NCBI RefSeq assembly: GCF_019059575.1
Contig: NW_024881521.1
Coordinates: 729,297 to 793,296 of the forward strand
Length of the DNA stretch: 64,000 bases
Direction: 5' to 3'
DNA from: Amphibalanus amphitrite
Lineage: Eukaryota
The notes under the pieces were generated by a model, which was not told the DNA's origin, did not search any database, and saw nothing but the letters and a program-made list of their open reading frames with translations. Every line of letters begins with the position of its first letter. The stretch's first letter is position 1. A program made the position numbers and the translations under genes. Shown here piece after piece: positions 57,865 to 64,000 of the stretch.

Positions 57865-58100
57865 GAGGAGACGGACAGCCACTCGCCAGTCGGGAAGAGT
57901 CTCGCCAGTCGCCAGATCATCACTGACGGCTGCCGAGTCTCCCGTCCCCGACAGAGTCTGCGCTGGGCTGAATGATCGAGAGTCCAGTCATAGCCCAGAG
58001 AAGCGTTGCGCCCTCGAGCAGACTTTGGTGACCTAACCTCCTTCCCATGTAGCTCACCGCCGCCCTGACCCATCCGCCGCGTCCTGCCAGTCCGGGCGGG
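57591..58100 (-). promoter_or_regulatory. CpG-island-like 5' UTR/promoter of the ephrin gene, containing a (CGG)n tract at ~57834-57865
   Basis: Very GC/CpG-rich sequence directly upstream (minus sense) of the ephrin ATG, with an uninterrupted ggcggcggcggc... repeat. No TATA box seen. Confidence 0.45.
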
Positions 58101-61100
58101 GCGGGACGGGTCGACTCTCAGGGCGCGGTGTGAGGTCGGTCCGCCCCTGACCTGGCTCGGAGCGTGGCAGATCGGCCCAGCAGGGGCACGGATCAGCCCC
58201 AATGAGCTGCGACGGGCCGCGGCCGGTGAAACGCCACCACTCGCAGCCGTCACACGGCGCGTTATGCGGGACCAGGTTGTGCGGCTGTCTCCGGTCGGGC
58301 ACATCATCGCGCCGTGATGGACAGGAGGTCCGATTGAGCGGCCATTTCGAGACGCATCACTGCATTGACGGTCTGTCCGTCTCTAACCGAGGCGAGAGGG
58401 TTTCCATATTCAGATTAGTGCGAACTGACGGAATAATGCGACTTTCAAAGCTATTGGTAGTACTATTATCAAAAGCTCTCACCATATCTTTGCTACTTTG
58501 TAGAAGCATGCAACCGTTTTAATAGGTCCCAATGTTAGCCCATTGGGCGTCATTATGATAAGATACGTCGTCGCCAATCGCATTCGAAGACAGTCACAAC
58601 CGGTGTTACAGTTTTACATCTGATAATTTAGCCCGATCGATCAAGGCGACACCAACAAGAGCACCGGTTAGGATTCTTAATTCACCAGAGCAGCAAAAAA
58701 TGCTAAGCAACAAAAAAGACCAATGGCCTCGATCGATATAAAGATCCACGGGTCTCAGCCGGAAGTTCATTAGTGCTCCTTAGCGCACCTCTAATGTCCC
58801 TGGCAGAGTGGATAGAGCCCCCCCCCCCCCCTGTCACCTGCACGGAGTAGCCTCTGCCGCTGCTGAGCCGTCTCGGTGTGGGCCTCAGGCAGGTGTCAGC
58901 AGTGGGGTGGGGGCCGGGGTGGCTCGGAGCGGGTTTACCCCCACCGCCGCGCTCCGGAGTCGTGTTCCGCGGGACGCCGGCTGACACCTCAGTCCGGCTC
59001 TGTGGCTCAGCCGGAGGATCAGTCCCCGGTCCGGACGGTCCCCGGTCTGGGGCGACCTCGGACCAGAGCCCCCAGTATGGACACCATCGGTGCCATGAGC
59101 CGGGGCTCTGCGTCTGCACCGCCCCGACCGGCCGGCGCCCACCGTCTACATTCCACCCGGCTATTAACAACAACACCGGCTCAGCGCCGCCGACTTTCAT
59201 TCTGTAGTTGTGCAGCGAACATGGATTGTGATAGTCTCGGCAGCTGCGCACGTCACCTCTGGCTGCCACCGGAGAATGCTGTTCCATTTCCAGAACCCGT
59301 GTGAATAAACATGTCGCTGGTAAATGTGTCGAACTGTGAGTCTGCCGGCTCAGAGGGCGTCTGTTGAGGTTCGGCTTGTTTTGATGACACGACACAAAAC
59401 CGATGGTTAATGGTCCTATGTATAAAGAGACGCCTTCCAGCATCGTTTGTCATAAACATCCAGAAAAAGTGGCCAGCGTCGCATGCGACTGCGGACAGCT
59501 GGAAGACATCCACCGGGCGCGGCCGGCGGCCAGTTTTTCCGTGGCGCTTGCTGCCACAACCAATCGTCGCCTATGCGACCTATGCTTATTGTGTGCCGCC
59601 TGCCAAGGTCCGGAAATTGTTCGGCACGAACAAAGGGTAACATGAGCCGGCTGAAAATGTTTGCGACATAGATTTAAATTACGACCGATGTCAGCCATGC
59701 CACGGACCAAACCTTCTCCGACTGCCGCCGTGCGGACAAAATTAATCGCATTAAAATTATGCAGAGAAACAGGTTGCCTAGCGGGAACGGGTACTTAGGA
59801 GAGTCGGTGTTATGCGACACGATGTCATGTCCGTTCGTCATCATCGGCATCAGATTCTCCGTCAGCGTGACAACTGCTCACGGACCGTGTTCTATCCAAG
59901 TCGGTCGGCCAAACCAGCTCGTCGATCTGCTTGTCTCGGATTTGGCAGAGGGATACCAAAGGTAACGAATGTGTCATCTATTGCGACAAATAATATGCAT
60001 CCTGAGCGGCCATTCACGGCCCAACATCTCTGAAAAGATCACATTCTAATGGCATGCCGGATGTCGGGCACGGAATAAACACCCGATCAAGTCACGTGAT
60101 GGCCGTATCCGCGAGCCCAGAGTGCACGCGAGAGGCCCTCTCAACAATGCCGGTATAAAAGTGGACAACACTTATGTCAAACATGCTTGGTAGTTCGTGC
60201 ACTAAACCGTTCATGTCCGCTATTCGCGCGGTGATTTTTATGACGACAATTTGCACTGTGCAACTCAACGGGCAGGTATAAAATCCCAACCGGTTCGGGG
60301 CTCACGATTGATTCGTTCGACTGCCGGGGCCATAGAAATAAATCACTGCAGCATCACGCCCATAAAACGACTGCATTTAAGGGCCCGAAGATTACAGACA
60401 TTGCCACTGTCAATCACCCACTACAGAAATGGATGCAATTGTAGCGCGGGGTGGGGCCCGGCACGTCAAACCGTTTCAATATCCGAATCTCTCAGCCGAC
60501 AAATCCTCTCCAATTATCACTCAATATAACTAGCAAGTACTAAGCAACATGCACAGAAACAACTTCCACGGACGAATCCAATGCATCCCTCAGTTCTGAT
60601 GCACTTTGACACAGCGCAGAGCACACAGCCGTCCAAAAACACATAAACAGCCTATCTGAACGAGCCCGCTGTGATTCCTTACAGCAACCAGCGTCTACAC
60701 GAGACGGACTGCGGAGAGGACGCGATCCGGCCGCGGGATGCCTCCGTTTCTGCGCTGTCACTCGTCACTGCTCCTGGCCGTCAGTGAGACATGTTTGTTA
60801 TTGATGTCCACTGAGTCTGCCGACCTCAGTCGGGCTCACGTCTCGCGATGCCAGGCGGTCGGCCCTCCCGTGATGTGAAGGCAGTCGGCTGGATCGACTC
60901 TGTGCAGTGATGGTAGCCAGTCTATAGCCTTGACAGTGACATGACGGCAGTGAGACGACTTGAGCTAGTCCTTCCGCTACGGTATGTCTAGAGAAACGCA
61001 GAGTGGTCGTAAAAGACCACAACTGTGCGGCATGAACGGATCATCTCTGCGCTACCTCCATGTATGGTCACCAGCCGGGTCAATGGCTGAGTAACTGCCA

Positions 61101-61955
61101 GCCATACAATGACAGTTACTGACAGATCTGCTGCCAGTAACTGTCATCGTACCGTGGTAACCGTAGTGCTGCCAGTCAATGTCTGGAGTGAAATCCGACC
61201 TGCAAGTCCCGTCCTTCCGTCCATCCGTCCCGTCCCGTACCGTTTCGACACGCCCATCGGCCAGCGCCTACGGCATAGCAACGCAGAGTTAGCATACGCA
61301 CCGGTATATTGATATATATGCAACAGCGAGACGCGCAATTACGGCGATTTGAATTCCAGTGGCCGATCATATCTGGCCGTATCTCGGCGCAGGAGAAATC
61401 TGCGCGGACAGTGAGCCGGGGAGGGGCGGGTGGGTGGACCGAGGGAGGGGCATGTGCGTGCCGGGCGGGATCGACCGCATAGACGGCTTATCGGTCGGGA
61501 ATTTCGCCGTCATGACAGTCGCTGAAGAGAGTTCTGAGAGCCGGAGAAGGCAGCTCTGAGAGCCGGGGAAGGCAGCTCTGAGAGCCGCAGAAGAGGCGGC
61601 CGCGTTTCTCGCGGCAGACAACACACACATTAGTGGCACAATGTCGTGTATGTCGGCGGATAGGAGCGGCACGGAAGCCGGTCAAACCCACCACCTAATT
61701 ACTCGCACCGTTTTGTTATGCAAATCGCCGGCAGAATGCTCTAAATGCATCGCTCAGCCTGTAACTAAATCCCGTGGTCATGGGCCGGGCGGCGGCCGGT
61801 CGACGCCGGATTATTATAAATCACGCCGATCAAAGCGGTCCCGGCTGGCAGCCAGCGGTGATGCATTGCTCTGTGCCGCTCGGCGCCACTGCAGCCGCCG
61901 CCGCCGGCCCTATCGGCGTCTTCATTATCGGCAGTGCCGACGGCCGGCCGGCCGG

Positions 61956-62035
61956 CTGACCGCGCGCCGGCCATTGACCTGGTCATGACCTGACTCTGAC
62001 CGCGCGCCGGCCATTGACCTGGTCATGACCTGACT
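61956..62035. promoter_or_regulatory. Tandem duplication (2 x 40 bp). Each copy carries TGACCTGGTCATGACCTGA, a TREpal-like nuclear-receptor palindrome (GGTCATGACC core).
   Basis: Copy 1 is 61956-61995 and copy 2 is 61996-62035. Palindromes at 61975-61993 and 62015-62033. Confidence 0.3.
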
Positions 62036-64000
62036 CCGACCGGGCACCGGGCTCACTGCGCAACAGCAGCGTCAACAGCAACGGTCAGAGCACCTAAAAA
62101 TAACTGGCATATAGCTTGACGAAATCTTGATGGGTAAAGCAACAGTGCTGAACGAATTATTCCAGTTTTATTTGACAGTGTCAAAGAATACAAATGCTTC
62201 CTTTTATACATTTTGGGAAAAGGCAAAGCGATGAAGTTCAAACGTCTTATTATCAACCCAATCTGTCTGGGCTGACTGAGGTTCCTGACCCTTCCCATCT
62301 CCTCACCCCAGCCTGTAAGACCACGCCCGGTACGGTCCGGGACGGGATGATTTGCCGTATTTCCTTATTGATCACTATGATCGCGATCAGAGTGACTGGC
62401 AGTGGGGGTGTATTAGCGGCGTGCGGGAAGTCACACCTCGCCCTGGGAGGGTGCCGAATCCGATCACGGCTCCTAGCCGGTACTCGGTATCATGAAGGAC
62501 GGTAGCCACTCCACAGCCAACTGCTGTGCTTGATATCCTGTATCACCACAGCACCAAGTGTCACGACGGAGCGGGCAGCATCCACTGTCCGCACAGCCAA
62601 AGCAAGGGCTGCCATTGCAGAGGAAATGCTGACCCATGAAGATATTTCGGAGGGACGAGTCCGTGACCAATTCAAGACGGTTTTGTGGAATATTCTGTCA
62701 ATTATAAATTGAATTACGGCGAGCCATGAGCGGCGCGGCGTTCTTTGAAACATAGCTGGTTGCTTAGTTTGTACAATGATCAGCATAAAGTGGCATTATG
62801 GTGTACCTTCTGCAGGTTTGCTCAAACGAAACATCGTAACTATGGTAAACATCTCCGTTTTAGGGTAATTGTTACGGACAGCAGCTACATGTTGACATGG
62901 TGTAACCATTCATTAAATTCTGTAGTTGCAGGAAACTCGCATACATTTCGAGTCTAATTAGCGAATTCCAGCTTTCTATCACAAGATTAGCAGTATAAGG
63001 AAACGCCAAGAATGCTGCACCGTTAAATGCTAATCTGGCGCGGCATCCAGCGTCTAATTATTCTGTAAATCATCATCCGAGCCTGTCCGCTGTCCGGCAG
63101 TTTGCTTCCTGTGCATCTGCTCCCGTCCAGTGACCGAGGAGATTAGGAGAATTGCGGTGAGCTTAGACCAATGCAAAAATAAAGAAATATGGACAACCCC
63201 GGACAAAGAAAATAATCCTATGTGTTCGACTGAATATTTTATAGGTAAGCTTGTAATAACGCACTAAAAATAGTCAAAGTTTGCGAAGCATGCATATACC
63301 AGGCTCAGATAATGAAGCATTATGATCTGACATCCCAGCGAAAACCTCCGTATTGGTTTACGGTGAAATTAATGATGTAAGAGAAAACTGTTGATTGAAA
63401 AACAAGTGCATCCATGTTTGGGATCCGTTCAAATTAATCAACGAATGAAATTTGGAAGCGTTTCTCTTTAACAACAATGCAGCAATTGTGTGCTCAACAA
63501 AGACAGATATCGAAAGAGAATATGAGAGAGAAGCTCCAAAAATCAATTTCAAAGTTAAGTGAGCCTTAATCGCCAGGTAAAGCCAGCTAAAGGAGCCAAG
63601 TTTCCAACTTGACTTCACAGTCTACACTCTATTCAATATTCATATGGATCCCTGACTGCATCAGTTATTAACAAAGCCACTAGCCAGCGGTCAGAAATAC
63701 CTAAAGCTGTGAAAAAATGTCTACCGCTAAACGATGAAGCTGCAGGAAGAAGGATGCCACTTTTGATGCCATGGTTTGACGTACAGTAGAAGGAAGAGGT
63801 CGTATGCATTGCAATGCATATTTGACATACCACTTAGCAGCATTAAATTGAGCGCGTTCTATGCATGGCGGATGTTGTTCCTCATTGCTGCTATCAGAGA
63901 ATCAGCTGGGAAGGTCATCGGGCTTTCTCTTATAACTGCAAATCACTTTTGCTCGTGAGCGGGGCCTCCACGTTGGACAATGCGTTGAAAGATGATGCTA

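Overview
The window is GC-rich (~58-60%), intron-bearing eukaryotic (metazoan) DNA with GT-AG introns and dense micro/mini-satellites. It is not prokaryotic, so no CRISPR or defence-island logic applies. No tRNA, rRNA or other structured RNA gene could be supported.

Two protein-coding genes lie tail-to-tail, their coding ends 2.7 kb apart:
- **ERCC6L2-like SNF2 ATPase, + strand (~4048-10272, 5'-partial).** Thirteen exons were reconstructed, covering SNF2 motif III through the helicase-C motifs and a low-complexity C-terminus. The N-terminal exons must lie upstream of the window. The preceding intron holds a 3.2-kb higher-order tandem repeat.
- **Ephrin gene, - strand (CDS 12956-57590).** Six exons were reconstructed, from a signal-peptide exon through the receptor-binding domain to a stalk and a GPI-like C-terminus. 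Intron 1 is ~37 kb.

The ephrin first intron is the accessory-like part of the window. It contains:
- a Transib-like non-autonomous transposon with CACAGTG termini and a 5-bp TSD, enclosing a ~100-bp-arm foldback;
- a composite satellite block bracketed by two identical 256-bp direct repeats;
- several minisatellites;
- CNE-like AT islands rich in homeobox/GATA motifs, plus clustered nuclear-receptor half-sites (DR1 pairs, a duplicated TREpal-like palindrome).

A TTAA-flanked TIR element sits between the genes' 3' ends. The ERCC6L2-like gene shows tandem duplications of its own exon-intron junctions at four exons.

All calls rest on reading the sequence, splice-phase bookkeeping and remembered family motifs. 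No database search was run.
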